NCBI GenBank assembly: GCA_945902745.1
Contig: CAMDNE010000011.1
Coordinates: forward strand, 26,644-90,643
Direction: 5' to 3'
Source: Chitinophaga pinensis
GTDB taxonomy: Bacteria; Bacteroidota; Bacteroidia; Flavobacteriales_D; Crocinitomicaceae
Length of the DNA: 64,000 nt
The notes below the pieces were generated by a model. The model was not told the DNA's origin. It worked only from the letters and a program-made list of their open reading frames with translations, and ran no database searches. The translations under genes and the position numbers were made by a program. How positions within the stretch are numbered: the first letter of the stretch is position 1; every line of letters starts with the position of its first letter. Below, one piece after another: positions 1-9,591 of this stretch.

Positions 1-2
1 AC

Positions 3-797
3 CAAGGTCAAAACGATCCAAATGCATGGTTTGCAGGCTGCGTTAAAGGATCACCAGGAGAAGCTTATTTCCCATGTGACTCTACTCTTATTATTTCTGA
101 AATAAATTATAAATCCTCGCCTACATCTGATGCTGGTGATTGGTTTGAGATTCATTCTACATCAGATAACCCGATTGATGTAAGTGGATGGTCAATAAGC
201 GATGGCGGCATTACTGGAGGATACATTATTCCTGCTGGTACGGTTATTTTACCGCATGGTTATTTGGTTTTAGCAAAAGATTTGACGCTATTTAGTGCAA
301 TTCATCCTTTAGTAACAAACTTTTCTGGACCTACAGGTCTTGCACTAGGTGCTCAAGATGGAATTATTTTGTATGATGAAACTGGAATAGCGCAATTTTC
401 TGCTAATTATCTAAATTCTGCACCTTGGACAACTGAACCTGATGGAAATGGGAAAACGCTAGAATTATTGAGTTCAACAGGATTTATGAATGAATCAACA
501 AACTGGATAGCGGGTTGTCCTGATGGTTCACCAGGAAAAGCATACGATTCTAATTGTGGCTTATCTATTCCAGAATTATCTTCATCTAATTTATCCCTAT
601 ATCCTAACCCAACAAAGGATATAGTTTATATCAGTGTGAGTGAAGAGTCGATTATAAATATTTATAGCAGTATTGGAGAACTCTTGTTCACTAAGCGATA
701 CGCGGAAGGGAATCAAGAAATTGATTTAACAAATTACACTTCTGGTTCTTACTATATTGAAATGAACAACAAGCGATCAATGGTCGTAAAACTATAA
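3..797 (+). CDS. Secreted protein fragment (5' end outside window) with lamin-tail-domain (LTD)-like modules and a T9SS C-terminal sorting domain
   Basis: Frame 3 is open from base 3 and runs into listed ORF 264..797. The translation QGQNDPNAWFAGCVKGSPGEAYFPCDSTLIISEINYKSSPTSDAGDWFEIHSTSDNPIDVSGWSISDGG is LTD-like. The motif NW.AGC..GSPG.AY occurs twice. The C-terminus LSLYPNPTKDIVYI...YYIEMNN...VKL is Por/T9SS-CTD-like. Confidence 0.7.
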   Translation, partial: QGQNDPNAWFAGCVKGSPGEAYFPCDSTLIISEINYKSSPTSDAGDWFEIHSTSDNPIDVSGWSISDGGITGGYIIPAGTVILPHGYLVLAKDLTLFSAIHPLVTNFSGPTGLALGAQDGIILYDETGIAQFSANYLNSAPWTTEPDGNGKTLELLSSTGFMNESTNWIAGCPDGSPGKAYDSNCGLSIPELSSSNLSLYPNPTKDIVYISVSEESIINIYSSIGELLFTKRYAEGNQEIDLTNYTSGSYYIEMNNKRSMVVKL

Positions 798-825
798 TTG
801 CTTAGAAATTTAAAAATCAGTATAA

Positions 826-853
826 GCCTCAGAAAATTCTGGGGCTTTTTTTT
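826..853 (+). terminator. Rho-independent terminator after the LTD gene
   Basis: Stem GCCTCAGA/TCTGGGGC (one G-U pair) is followed by T8. Confidence 0.7.
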
Positions 854-945
854 GTTTAAGTCCAATTTCTTTTCAAGTCAAAAAACTTTTCAATGTTAAC
901 TGTATGTTAAGAGAAATAGTTATCTTAGCACGATTAACTATTACT

Positions 946-2082
946 ATGAGAAATATCTACTTGCTTCTATTCTCGTCATTGACGATTTTTTCTACAAACG
1001 CACAATATTGCACTGCGGTTGGACCAACAAGTACAATTGATTCCAACGTTGGTTCTGTTCAGTTGACTGGTGTTTTAGGTTCTATTAATTATGTTGGTTG
1101 TCCAGGTGTTCTTGGTTTACAAGATTTAACTGCATTGGGTACAACATTAAATGCAGGTGGTTCATATGTTGCCAATATTCAATTTAGCACGTGTGGTGGT
1201 AATTATTCAGGAGCTGGTGAAGCATGGATTGATTATGACCAAAATGGAACATTTGATCCATCAGAATCAATTGGCACTTGGTCTGGAATACCACCTACTC
1301 CATTATCTGTTTTCAATTTCAATGTTCCAGCTGGGGCTCAAAATGGATTAACGAGAATGCGTGTTACGCAGCAAGAACAAGGAATATTGCCATTAAATCC
1401 TTGCGCAACATTTTCTTGGGGTTCTGTAATGGATTTTAGTATTACAATTGGCAACGGCATTGATTGCAGTGGATATGTTGGTGATGACACAGTTGACCCA
1501 ATTATTGTTGCAACCTTGCCATATGCAAATACAGGTGACAATTCATATTGTTATTCCAATCAGAATTTGGTTTATAATTCTCCTGATGTATATTATCAGA
1601 TTACACCATCACCAATGATGCAATCAATCACTGTTTCTTTGTGTGGGTCTTCCTTTGATACTTTTTTAAGTGTTGTGGATGCATTTGGAAATATTGTTGC
1701 TTTTAATGATGATGCAGCAGGATGCGGTACCTCTTCTTCTTTAACTTTTGAAACAGCTGGACTAGGACTTGCTTATGTCATTGTTGAAGGATGGGGAAAT
1801 GCGAGTGGAGCTTATAACATTTCCATTAATTCAGACTTTTTAGGAAATGAAGAATTGATAGAACAAGATTTTATTTTATTTCCTAACCCAGCAACATCTA
1901 ATTTTTCAATTAAAGGAATCCAAGGAAAGGTTGAAATAATTGATTTATCAGGTAAAATTGTTGAAACAATTGAAAAATATAATGGTGAAAGTATTTCAAT
2001 CTTGAATTTGAAAAACGGCTTTTACACTGTTCAATTTGAGAAAAACAACCTATTACATTCTAAGAAATTAATGATTCAGTAA
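946..2082 (+). CDS. Secreted GEVED-like / pre-peptidase-C-terminal-like domain protein with T9SS sorting domain
   Basis: The internal Met at 946 gives the signal peptide MRNIYLLLFSSLTIFSTNAQ. QYCTA...GEAWIDYDQNGTFD...RMRV is GEVED-like. FDTFLSVVD...FNDDAAGCG...YVIVEGWG is PPC-like. The C-terminus is FILFPNPATSNFSI...FYTVQF. Confidence 0.65.
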   Translation: MRNIYLLLFSSLTIFSTNAQYCTAVGPTSTIDSNVGSVQLTGVLGSINYVGCPGVLGLQDLTALGTTLNAGGSYVANIQFSTCGGNYSGAGEAWIDYDQNGTFDPSESIGTWSGIPPTPLSVFNFNVPAGAQNGLTRMRVTQQEQGILPLNPCATFSWGSVMDFSITIGNGIDCSGYVGDDTVDPIIVATLPYANTGDNSYCYSNQNLVYNSPDVYYQITPSPMMQSITVSLCGSSFDTFLSVVDAFGNIVAFNDDAAGCGTSSSLTFETAGLGLAYVIVEGWGNASGAYNISINSDFLGNEELIEQDFILFPNPATSNFSIKGIQGKVEIIDLSGKIVETIEKYNGESISILNLKNGFYTVQFEKNNLLHSKKLMIQ

Positions 2083-3299
2083 TGAGAAAATTACTTATCC
2101 TACTTTTTGCCTTATTTCAATTTTATTCAATGGCTCAACCGTGGTTTGAGAAATCGAATTTTGGAGGTGAAGCAAGACATAGAGCCACATCTTTCTCTAT
2201 TGGGAATCATGGTTATATTGGTTTGGGGCATATTAACTCCGTAATAGGTGTTGAATACGAAGATTTTTGGAAATACGATCCTTCCTCCGATACTTGGACT
2301 CAAATCGCGAACTATCCTGAAGGAGAATGTTTTCATGCTACTTCATTTACAATTGGCAACATAGGTTATGTTGGAACTGGTCGCCTATCAAATGGAAGTT
2401 ATTCTAAAAACTTTTATTCTTATGATCCATCTTTAAATACATGGACTCAAATTGCTGATCTACCAGGTGTTGAAAGAAGAGGCGCTGTAGCATTTTCAAT
2501 TGACGGAAAAGGTTATGTTGGAACTGGACAAACATTTAGTGGTTACTCAAATGATTTTTACGAATATAATCCTCTTACAGATCAATGGATTGTTAGAGCG
2601 AGCTTACCTGGCACACCTAGAACTTCTTCCGTTGCTTTTTCAATAGGAAATTTTGGATATTTAGGAACAGGGGATACGAATAGTGGATCCGCAAATGATT
2701 TTTATCAATTTAACCCAATTACTAATCAATGGGTCGTTAAAGCGTCTGTTGGAATTTTTACACGTCAAGAAGCTACAGGATTTGCAGTTAATGGCCTAGG
2801 TTATATTGGATCAGGTGATGATTATTCAAGCGGTAACAATTATCCAGACATGTGGGAATACGATCCGATTTTAAATAGTTGGGTACAAATTGAAGATTTT
2901 GCTGGGACTCCAAGGCGCTATTTAACTTCATTTGTTATTGGATCAAGAGCATATGCTGGTACAGGTACAAGTGGTACAAATTTCAGAGATTTCTGGATGT
3001 TTGATCAAATACTTTCTGTTTTGACGCGAAAAATGGAACATCTCACGATTAACACCTACCCTAATCCAGCTTTTAAAACCATATCTATTGATTTAAAAGA
3101 ATTACCAGAATTCATTCATATTGAAAACGTTACATGTTCATTATTTTCAACAACTGGAAGACTGATTAAATCAACAAATTTTGAATCTTCAACGTGTAAC
3201 ATCGACGTTACAACCCTTCAAAATGGACAATATATTTATCAATTAAATTACGAAGGAAACAGTTTTAAAACAGGTAAAATTATTATCACCAACGAATGA
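2082..3299 (+). CDS. Kelch-repeat beta-propeller protein with T9SS sorting domain (paralog 1 of 4)
   Basis: It has a signal peptide and about 6-7 blades with the motif R..A.sFsIg..GY.GtG......DFW.YdP..n.W.q. The C-terminus is TYPNPAFKTISI...YIYQL. The ATG overlaps the upstream stop (TAATG). Confidence 0.8.
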   Translation: MRKLLILLFALFQFYSMAQPWFEKSNFGGEARHRATSFSIGNHGYIGLGHINSVIGVEYEDFWKYDPSSDTWTQIANYPEGECFHATSFTIGNIGYVGTGRLSNGSYSKNFYSYDPSLNTWTQIADLPGVERRGAVAFSIDGKGYVGTGQTFSGYSNDFYEYNPLTDQWIVRASLPGTPRTSSVAFSIGNFGYLGTGDTNSGSANDFYQFNPITNQWVVKASVGIFTRQEATGFAVNGLGYIGSGDDYSSGNNYPDMWEYDPILNSWVQIEDFAGTPRRYLTSFVIGSRAYAGTGTSGTNFRDFWMFDQILSVLTRKMEHLTINTYPNPAFKTISIDLKELPEFIHIENVTCSLFSTTGRLIKSTNFESSTCNIDVTTLQNGQYIYQLNYEGNSFKTGKIIITNE

Positions 3300-4453
3300 A
3301 GAAACTCATCATACTCTTAATAATAGTGTTTGGAACACTAAATTCTCAAGCAAATCCATGGATACAAAAGGCAGATTTTGGTGGCACTGGACGACATAGA
3401 GCAACTGGGATTTCAATTGCGAACAAAGGTTATATGGGATTAGGACATGTCAATGGAACGGGAATAGATATTGATTATAAAGATTGGTGGCAATATGATC
3501 CTGCTTCAGATTCTTGGACACAAAAAGCAAATTTCCCTGTACTAAATCATGGTGCAGTTGCATTTTCAACTAGTACTAGAGGATATGTAGGGGGTGGATC
3601 AGCATTGAATGGCGAGTTTTATGAATATAATCCGATAACAAATGTTTGGTCACAAATTGCAAGTTGCCCTTTATCAGTAGGTGATGTACAAGTTTTTTCG
3701 GTCGCAAATAAAGGGTATGTATATTTAGGAAATCAACTTGCAGAATATGCCCCATTGACAAATACATGGGTAATGAAAGCAAATTCCCCAACCTATTTTG
3801 GAACTTGGAGCACCTCATTTTCAACTAATAGTAGTGGTTTCGTGAAATCTGGGGCTGCATTTTACGAATATAAACCAGCTCTTGATCAATGGATGGTTAG
3901 AACTTCTTTTCCAGGTTTAACGAGTAACGGTGGTGCAGGATTTACCATGAATAACAAAGGTTATATGACTTGCGGATACGTGGGATCGCTGGCATTAGTA
4001 ACAAACGAAGTCTGGGAATTCAATCCAGGCAATAATCAATGGTCTTTGATTTGTCTATTCCCAGGCTCAAGCAGAAGATTTCCTGTTGCGTTCTCGATCA
4101 ATAACAAGGGTTATTTTGGAACTGGAACCAACGGGATTAACATGAATGATTTCTGGGCATTTGATTTTGACCCACTTGGAATATCAGAAAATGACCTTTC
4201 AAAAATTAATATTAATGTATTTCCTAACCCTAGTTCTGATCAAATAAATTTTGACTTTTCAAGCCTTGAACAAGAAATTGTAACGAATAGTAAAATTCAA
4301 TTATTCTCTTCAGATGGTAGGAAAATTAAAGAAGAAGCTATTCAGAATACACTTCATACTATAAATAGAAACGATTTAACAAATGGAATTTATTTTTATT
4401 CAATTCTCTATAAAAATGAATCTATTCAATTCGGGAAAATTACTTTTAATTAA
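3296..4453 (+). CDS. Kelch-repeat beta-propeller protein with T9SS sorting domain (paralog 2 of 4)
   Basis: It has the same blade motif and a VFPNPSSDQINF CTD. There is a 4-nt ATGA overlap with paralog 1. Confidence 0.8.
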   Translation: MKKLIILLIIVFGTLNSQANPWIQKADFGGTGRHRATGISIANKGYMGLGHVNGTGIDIDYKDWWQYDPASDSWTQKANFPVLNHGAVAFSTSTRGYVGGGSALNGEFYEYNPITNVWSQIASCPLSVGDVQVFSVANKGYVYLGNQLAEYAPLTNTWVMKANSPTYFGTWSTSFSTNSSGFVKSGAAFYEYKPALDQWMVRTSFPGLTSNGGAGFTMNNKGYMTCGYVGSLALVTNEVWEFNPGNNQWSLICLFPGSSRRFPVAFSINNKGYFGTGTNGINMNDFWAFDFDPLGISENDLSKININVFPNPSSDQINFDFSSLEQEIVTNSKIQLFSSDGRKIKEEAIQNTLHTINRNDLTNGIYFYSILYKNESIQFGKITFN

Positions 4454-4459
4454 TAAAAT

Positions 4460-5680
4460 ATGATGAAAACAATTTGTCTTCTTATAGTTACTTTGCCTTT
4501 TTGTTTATTTGGCCAAGCTCCAAATTCATGGTTAAAGAAAAATGACTTTGGTGGACTAAAAAGAGAAAGAGCTGTAGCCTTTTCAATTGGTGACTTTGGT
4601 TATGTTGGTACTGGTGTGGATACTGTTGAAATTGTTCACAATGACTTTTGGAAATACGACCCTGTTTTAGATGTTTGGACACAAATCGCTAATCTTCCAG
4701 GCTCAGCAAGAAGAGATGCGGTAGCATTTGAAATTGGAGGAAAAGGTTATGTTGGAACAGGAATCGATAATGATGAATCCGCTCTAGGACTTAAATTAAA
4801 TGATTTTTGGGAATACAATCCATTAACAAATAGCTGGCTACAAGTAGCAAACTATCCAGGTGGCGGCGGTGCAGGAATGTATTTCTCTACGGCATTCACT
4901 GTTGATTCGAAGGGATATGTTTGTGGTGGAAAAAGTGGCCCAAGTTTCTATTCAAGTGAAATGTGGGAATACAAACCAAGTATTAACCAATGGACGCAAC
5001 GCGCTAGCTTTCCTGGAGGAGTTCGGTATCAATTAGCATCTTTCTCAATCGGTTATTATGGTTACGTCGGACTCGGAGCAAGCGAAGATGTTTATAAAAA
5101 AGATTTCTGGAAGTACAATGCTGGAACCAATCAATGGACCCAAATAACAGATTTACCTGCAAGTGAAAGAGGTGCCTGTTGCACTTTTACTATAAGCGAA
5201 CGTGGATTTGTATGCATGGGTTCGGATGGCGGGATATTAGACGATTTATGGGAATACAACCCTAACACCAATGATTGGGTCTCAAAGGCGCCATACGGAG
5301 GAAGCGAAAGAAAAAATGCTATTGCTTTTGTTGTAAATGGCAAAGCATATGTCGGAACAGGAAAAGGATATTCTGGTAAAAAAGATGGAATGGAAGAATA
5401 CACTCCAGGTCTAATCCTTGGAACAGAAGAGTTAGCGGATGTCAATTTTACAGTTTTTCCAAATCCATCACAAAATAACTTTCAAATAGTTTCAGCGCAT
5501 GAATCAATAAATTCATTTGCCCTATATTCAACAGATGGAAAACTTTTGAAACATGTTTCGCGAAATTTTGAAGCACTTTTAAATTTCGATCATTCTGATA
5601 TCAATGCTGGAGTATATATGCTGGTTGCATTAGATAAATCAAAAGTAATTTTAAAAACACAACAAATTATCCTATTGTAA
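4460..5680 (+). CDS. Kelch-repeat beta-propeller protein with T9SS sorting domain (paralog 3 of 4)
   Basis: It has the same blade motif (RRDAVAFEIGGKGYVGTG...DFWEYNP) and the CTD VFPNPSQNNFQI. It starts 6 nt after the paralog 2 stop. Confidence 0.8.
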   Translation: MMKTICLLIVTLPFCLFGQAPNSWLKKNDFGGLKRERAVAFSIGDFGYVGTGVDTVEIVHNDFWKYDPVLDVWTQIANLPGSARRDAVAFEIGGKGYVGTGIDNDESALGLKLNDFWEYNPLTNSWLQVANYPGGGGAGMYFSTAFTVDSKGYVCGGKSGPSFYSSEMWEYKPSINQWTQRASFPGGVRYQLASFSIGYYGYVGLGASEDVYKKDFWKYNAGTNQWTQITDLPASERGACCTFTISERGFVCMGSDGGILDDLWEYNPNTNDWVSKAPYGGSERKNAIAFVVNGKAYVGTGKGYSGKKDGMEEYTPGLILGTEELADVNFTVFPNPSQNNFQIVSAHESINSFALYSTDGKLLKHVSRNFEALLNFDHSDINAGVYMLVALDKSKVILKTQQIILL

Positions 5681-6900
5681 TGAGCAAGAATAATTTAAAT
5701 ATATTAATCGGATTGGCTCTTTCTTTTACTTCATTATCTCAAGATATTTGGATACAACGAGATTCAGTAAATGGCCCTGTAAAAGGTTCTTGTGCTAGTT
5801 TTGTTTTGCAGCATGATGGATATGTAATTGGAGGCTTAGATGATTTTGGATTTAACCGAAAAATGTATTCTTATAGTCCAGCGCAAAATAACTGGGACAA
5901 TGAAGAATCTATTGGTGGACTTTCTGGAAGTGGTTTAAGTCGTGGCTCTGCCAGTAGTTTTGCTATTGGAAATAAAGGTTACGTTTGCTTGGGTCAGGGA
6001 GACACGAATCCCTATTTCAAAGACTTATGGGAATATGATTTAGCAACTGGAGCATGGACCCAAAAAGCAGATTTTATCGGTTCTGCGCGACGTCAAGCAA
6101 TCTCTTTTACAATTAATAGTATTGCATATGTCGGAACGGGGCAAGATTTAACTGGGCTAAAAAAGGATTTCTTCAAATACGAGCCATCGACAAACATATG
6201 GACACAATTGAACGATTTTGCTGGTACAGCTCGAAGACAAGCTGTTGGTTTTCAAATGGGGGATAATGGCTATATAGGTACAGGTGATGATGGCGTTTTA
6301 AGAACAGACTTTTGGATGTACACGCCGTCAACAGATACATGGATGCAAAAAGCAAATTTCCCAGGAACGGCAAGAGCTGGAGCAACAGGTTGGGGTATTT
6401 TTCCAACAGGATTTATTGCTACTGGAGAAGATGTCAATTATGATTATAAAAAAGATGTTTGGGAATATAATTATTTTGGAAATTCTTGGATTCAACGTAC
6501 TGATTTTATCGGATCTGGACGAAAAAATGCGGTTTCATTTGTAATTGATGGTGTAGCTTATTTAGGAACGGGTTACAATGGAATATTTTTAGATGATTTT
6601 TATGCATATTTTGGAATTGTTGGCATGACCGAAAATACTTCCAATTTTATTTCATCAATTTATCCGAATCCAGCAAAAGAACAAGCAATTATAAAAATTT
6701 ATGATGAAAATCCTTCCGACTTGAAATTACAATTCTATTCTATAACAGGAGAAGAATTAACATCAAAAGTGGAAGCAAATTATACTTCTAATAATTCAAT
6801 TTCAATAAATACTTCAAATTTATCTGCTGGAAATTATTTTTACTCACTTGTTAATAGTTCAAATAATAAAAAATCAACAGGAAAATTGATAGTTTTATAA
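5680..6900 (+). CDS. Kelch-repeat beta-propeller protein with T9SS sorting domain (paralog 4 of 4)
   Basis: It has the same blade motif (ARRQAISFTINSIAYVGTG...DFFKYEP) and the CTD IYPNPAKEQAII. There is a TAATG overlap with paralog 3. Confidence 0.8.
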   Translation: MSKNNLNILIGLALSFTSLSQDIWIQRDSVNGPVKGSCASFVLQHDGYVIGGLDDFGFNRKMYSYSPAQNNWDNEESIGGLSGSGLSRGSASSFAIGNKGYVCLGQGDTNPYFKDLWEYDLATGAWTQKADFIGSARRQAISFTINSIAYVGTGQDLTGLKKDFFKYEPSTNIWTQLNDFAGTARRQAVGFQMGDNGYIGTGDDGVLRTDFWMYTPSTDTWMQKANFPGTARAGATGWGIFPTGFIATGEDVNYDYKKDVWEYNYFGNSWIQRTDFIGSGRKNAVSFVIDGVAYLGTGYNGIFLDDFYAYFGIVGMTENTSNFISSIYPNPAKEQAIIKIYDENPSDLKLQFYSITGEELTSKVEANYTSNNSISINTSNLSAGNYFYSLVNSSNNKKSTGKLIVL

Positions 6901-6902
6901 GC

Positions 6903-7256
6903 ATGAAAGCATTTTTTATATTTTTCTCACTTCTAATAGTAAGTTGTAATTCCAATATTGAACCGACAAAAGAAGACATTTCTGACACAAAAGTTCCGTT
7001 AAAAAATAATGCTGATACTGAATTTTCTGTGGTTACGATAGAAAACCAAGATGCAACATGGGGATACCAATTATTAAAAGATGGCAAACTCATGATTGAT
7101 CAAAAAAACATCCCTGCTATTCAAGGTAATCGCGGTTTTTCGACTAAAGAAAAGGCTGAATTGATGGGTTCTTTTATTCTTCAAAAAGTAAAAAATGGTG
7201 GGTTCCCTCCTACCGTTTCGATTGAAGAAATGGATAGTCTTGGCGTTTTAAATTAA
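6903..7256 (+). CDS. Small lipoprotein of unknown function, last gene of the Kelch operon
   Basis: It has the lipobox-like signal MKAFFIFFSLLIVSCNS and starts 2 nt after the paralog 4 stop. Confidence 0.55.
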   Translation: MKAFFIFFSLLIVSCNSNIEPTKEDISDTKVPLKNNADTEFSVVTIENQDATWGYQLLKDGKLMIDQKNIPAIQGNRGFSTKEKAELMGSFILQKVKNGGFPPTVSIEEMDSLGVLN

Positions 7257-7260
7257 AAAA

Positions 7261-7437
7261 CCCATGTAGTTGCGTTTTCTGAAGCTACAGAAAACAGGTT
7301 TAGGGTTGCCGACAATCGTTGTAATCTGCTGTAAGAACGAATTCTATTTTCGATAAATCGAAATGCAGCCCGCCATTGCTTGCCTAAGACTTCCCTGATG
7401 GTCAAAATTGTAGAGCTTCAAGAATAAACTACATGGG
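7261..7437. ncRNA. Candidate structured, rod-like (6S-RNA-like) ncRNA; strand uncertain, minus favoured
   Basis: An 11-bp perfect terminal helix pairs CCCATGTAGTT (7261-7271) with AACTACATGGG (7427-7437). It is extended by TTCTGAAGCT (7277-7286) pairing with AGCTTCAAGAA (7414-7424). An internal hairpin is TTTCGAT-AA-ATCGAAA (7348-7363). No ORF is present. On the minus strand the 3' arm is followed by T6. Confidence 0.35.
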
Positions 7438-7575
7438 CTCCGCCGAAACGAATAAGATTACTTTACCAACTCTGTGGAAGAATCTCTGATGTAAATATAC
7501 AAATCCTTTCTTCGTTTTATATTCAATCTTCAAAAAAATTGTACCTTCGTTTCACTGATAAAATCAAACTCTAAC

Positions 7576-8337
7576 ATGGGCTTATTAAAGAAATTACTGT
7601 ATAAATTATTGAGCCAACGTGCCTATTTAAAAACACTTCATAGAAGTTTCTATTTACTCTATTCTTGTGGCTTTTTAAAGAATGATTCACGTTTCAAATA
7701 CCATTATATGGTAAAGCAACTCATACAACCAGATTTTACAGTTGTTGATTTAGGCGCTAATTTGGGTTACTTTTCAAAAACATTCGCTCGATTAGCAAAA
7801 AATGGAAAGCTAATATCAATTGAACCAGTTCCTGTTTTTTATGATACACTTTCTTATTTTATGAAAGGTTATTCGAATACAACAATTTACAATGTTGCAC
7901 TGGGTACTGAGGAAGGTTCAATTACCATGGTTTTACCCGAATCAAATGGAATGATTAGAACTGGATTGCCTCATATTGCTGAGTCTGAAGAAGAAAAACA
8001 ATTACATGCTACACAAGAAGTGAAAATTGTAAAAGGAAGTAATTTGTTGGCCGATTTAAAGAAAATAGATTACATAAAATGTGATATAGAAGGTTACGAA
8101 CTCAATGTTTTTCAGGAAATCAAACCACTTTTAGAGAAACATTTACCGTATATTCAAATTGAAATTGCTGAGAAAAATTTGGATGAAATGTCACGTCTAT
8201 TCAATTCTTTAGGATATACTCAATTTGGAATCAAGGATTTTAAATTCATCAAGGAATCTGGCAAACAAGCTGAAGAAGGCGATTTCTTTTTTGTACCTCA
8301 AAAGAGAATGGAAGAATTTGAAAAGAAATTTCTGTGA
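7576..8337 (+). CDS. FkbM-family SAM-dependent methyltransferase
   Basis: VVDLGANLGYFS is a SAM-binding motif. IKCDIEGYEL is typical of the FkbM family. Confidence 0.7.
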   Translation: MGLLKKLLYKLLSQRAYLKTLHRSFYLLYSCGFLKNDSRFKYHYMVKQLIQPDFTVVDLGANLGYFSKTFARLAKNGKLISIEPVPVFYDTLSYFMKGYSNTTIYNVALGTEEGSITMVLPESNGMIRTGLPHIAESEEEKQLHATQEVKIVKGSNLLADLKKIDYIKCDIEGYELNVFQEIKPLLEKHLPYIQIEIAEKNLDEMSRLFNSLGYTQFGIKDFKFIKESGKQAEEGDFFFVPQKRMEEFEKKFL

Positions 8338-8367
8338 ATTATTTAATTTTCAAAACAATTCCACTCC

Positions 8368-8547
8368 ATGCTCACATATAAATTGGCTTGCGAAAAGTGC
8401 AACAAAAAACTTCCAACAGAAAGTAGAGAAGCTTTTATCTGTTCCTTTGAATGCACTTTTTGTGAAACATGTTCACAATCAGAATTCAATTTTATTTGTC
8501 CCAATTGTGGAGGGAATTTAGAAAAAAGACCAACCAGAATAATTTAA
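8368..8547 (+). CDS. DUF1272-like small zinc-ribbon protein (59 aa), absent from the ORF track
   Basis: My own translation is MLTYKLACEKCNKKLPTESREAFICSFECTFCETCSQSEFNFICPNCGGNLEKRPTRII. It contains CxxC...CSFECTFC..C...CPNCGG, as in DUF1272. Confidence 0.7.
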   Translation: MLTYKLACEKCNKKLPTESREAFICSFECTFCETCSQSEFNFICPNCGGNLEKRPTRII

Positions 8548-8555
8548 AAAGAAAA

Positions 8556-8840
8556 TTAACTGTTTTCTTTTAGTTCCTCATTCTCCTTTTTCAACGCTTC
8601 GATCTCTTTGTCTTTTGCGCGAAATTTTTTATAACTGAAAAGAAAAGAAAAAGCATATCCCACAACCATTGAGAAAATAATCAATAAGGTCAAAGGCATT
8701 TTTGTTTGAATAAATAATAAATGAACATCTTGTTCTTTCCAATTTAACGTTGCAAATACAACACCCATTATTCCAAGAATAATACTAAAAACAAATTTTA
8801 CTTTATTCAGTAGTGATAAACTATTCCAATATTCAGTCAT
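8556..8840 (-). CDS. LapA-domain-like small membrane protein
   Basis: It has two TM helices followed by a charged coiled tail, KDKEIEALKKENEELKENS. Confidence 0.5.
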   Translation of the reverse strand: MTEYWNSLSLLNKVKFVFSIILGIMGVVFATLNWKEQDVHLLFIQTKMPLTLLIIFSMVVGYAFSFLFSYKKFRAKDKEIEALKKENEELKENS

Positions 8841-8999
8841 GACTTTTATTTTAATTCGAAATTATATAATTTTTATCATACATCGATGGGAAATTCATTA
8901 CTTGAAGTTATTTTATTCATTTGAAAGCAAATCTCTAATCAATCAACTAACCTGAAAAATTAAAAAGTACTATCTTTACGTCGAAATAAAAAATAGAGC

Positions 9000-9566
9000 A
9001 TGGCAAATACAGCAGATATTAAAAATGGAGTTTGTATCAAACACAATGATAAACTTTTTCAAATAATAGAATTTCAACACGTTAAACCAGGAAAAGGTCC
9101 AGCATTTGTTAGAACAAAAATGAGAGGAATAGAATCTCAAAAAGTCTTGGATCACACGTTTTCTGCAGGTCATAAAATTGAGATTGTACGAATTGAAAAT
9201 CGTAATTATCAATATTTGTATCAAGAAGGTCAAGATTTTGTTTTTATGAACAATGAAACATACGAGCAAGTAAACATTCCAGGTAAAATGATTGAAAAGC
9301 CATTGTTTTTGCAAGAAGGAATGATATGCAATATTCTGTTTCATGCAGAGGAAGAAGCACCTTTAGTAGTTGAATTACCAATGTATATTACGACAAAAGT
9401 AACTTATACAGAACCTGGTGTTAAAGGAGATACAGCAACAAACTCAATGAAATATGCAACAATTGATACTGGAGCAGAAGTTCGAGTTCCTTTATTTATC
9501 GCAATAGACGAAGTAATTAAAGTTGATACAAGAACTGGTGTATATGTAGAGCGAGTTAAAGCTTAA
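9000..9566 (+). CDS. efp: Translation elongation factor P
   Basis: MANTADIKNG..I...KLFQIIEFQHVKPGKGPAFVRTKMR is canonical EF-P. Confidence 0.95.
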   Translation: MANTADIKNGVCIKHNDKLFQIIEFQHVKPGKGPAFVRTKMRGIESQKVLDHTFSAGHKIEIVRIENRNYQYLYQEGQDFVFMNNETYEQVNIPGKMIEKPLFLQEGMICNILFHAEEEAPLVVELPMYITTKVTYTEPGVKGDTATNSMKYATIDTGAEVRVPLFIAIDEVIKVDTRTGVYVERVKA

Positions 9567-9591
9567 TATATTTAGGATTAGTTAGGATTAC

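Noticed and set aside
8225-8521. Listed 98-aa ORF.
   Set aside because: It overlaps the 3' end of the FkbM methyltransferase gene and has no motifs. A different frame in the same region encodes a recognisable DUF1272-like protein.
8976-9344. 122-aa minus-strand ORF.
   Set aside because: It is antisense to the unambiguous efp gene and is an AT-rich low-complexity translation.
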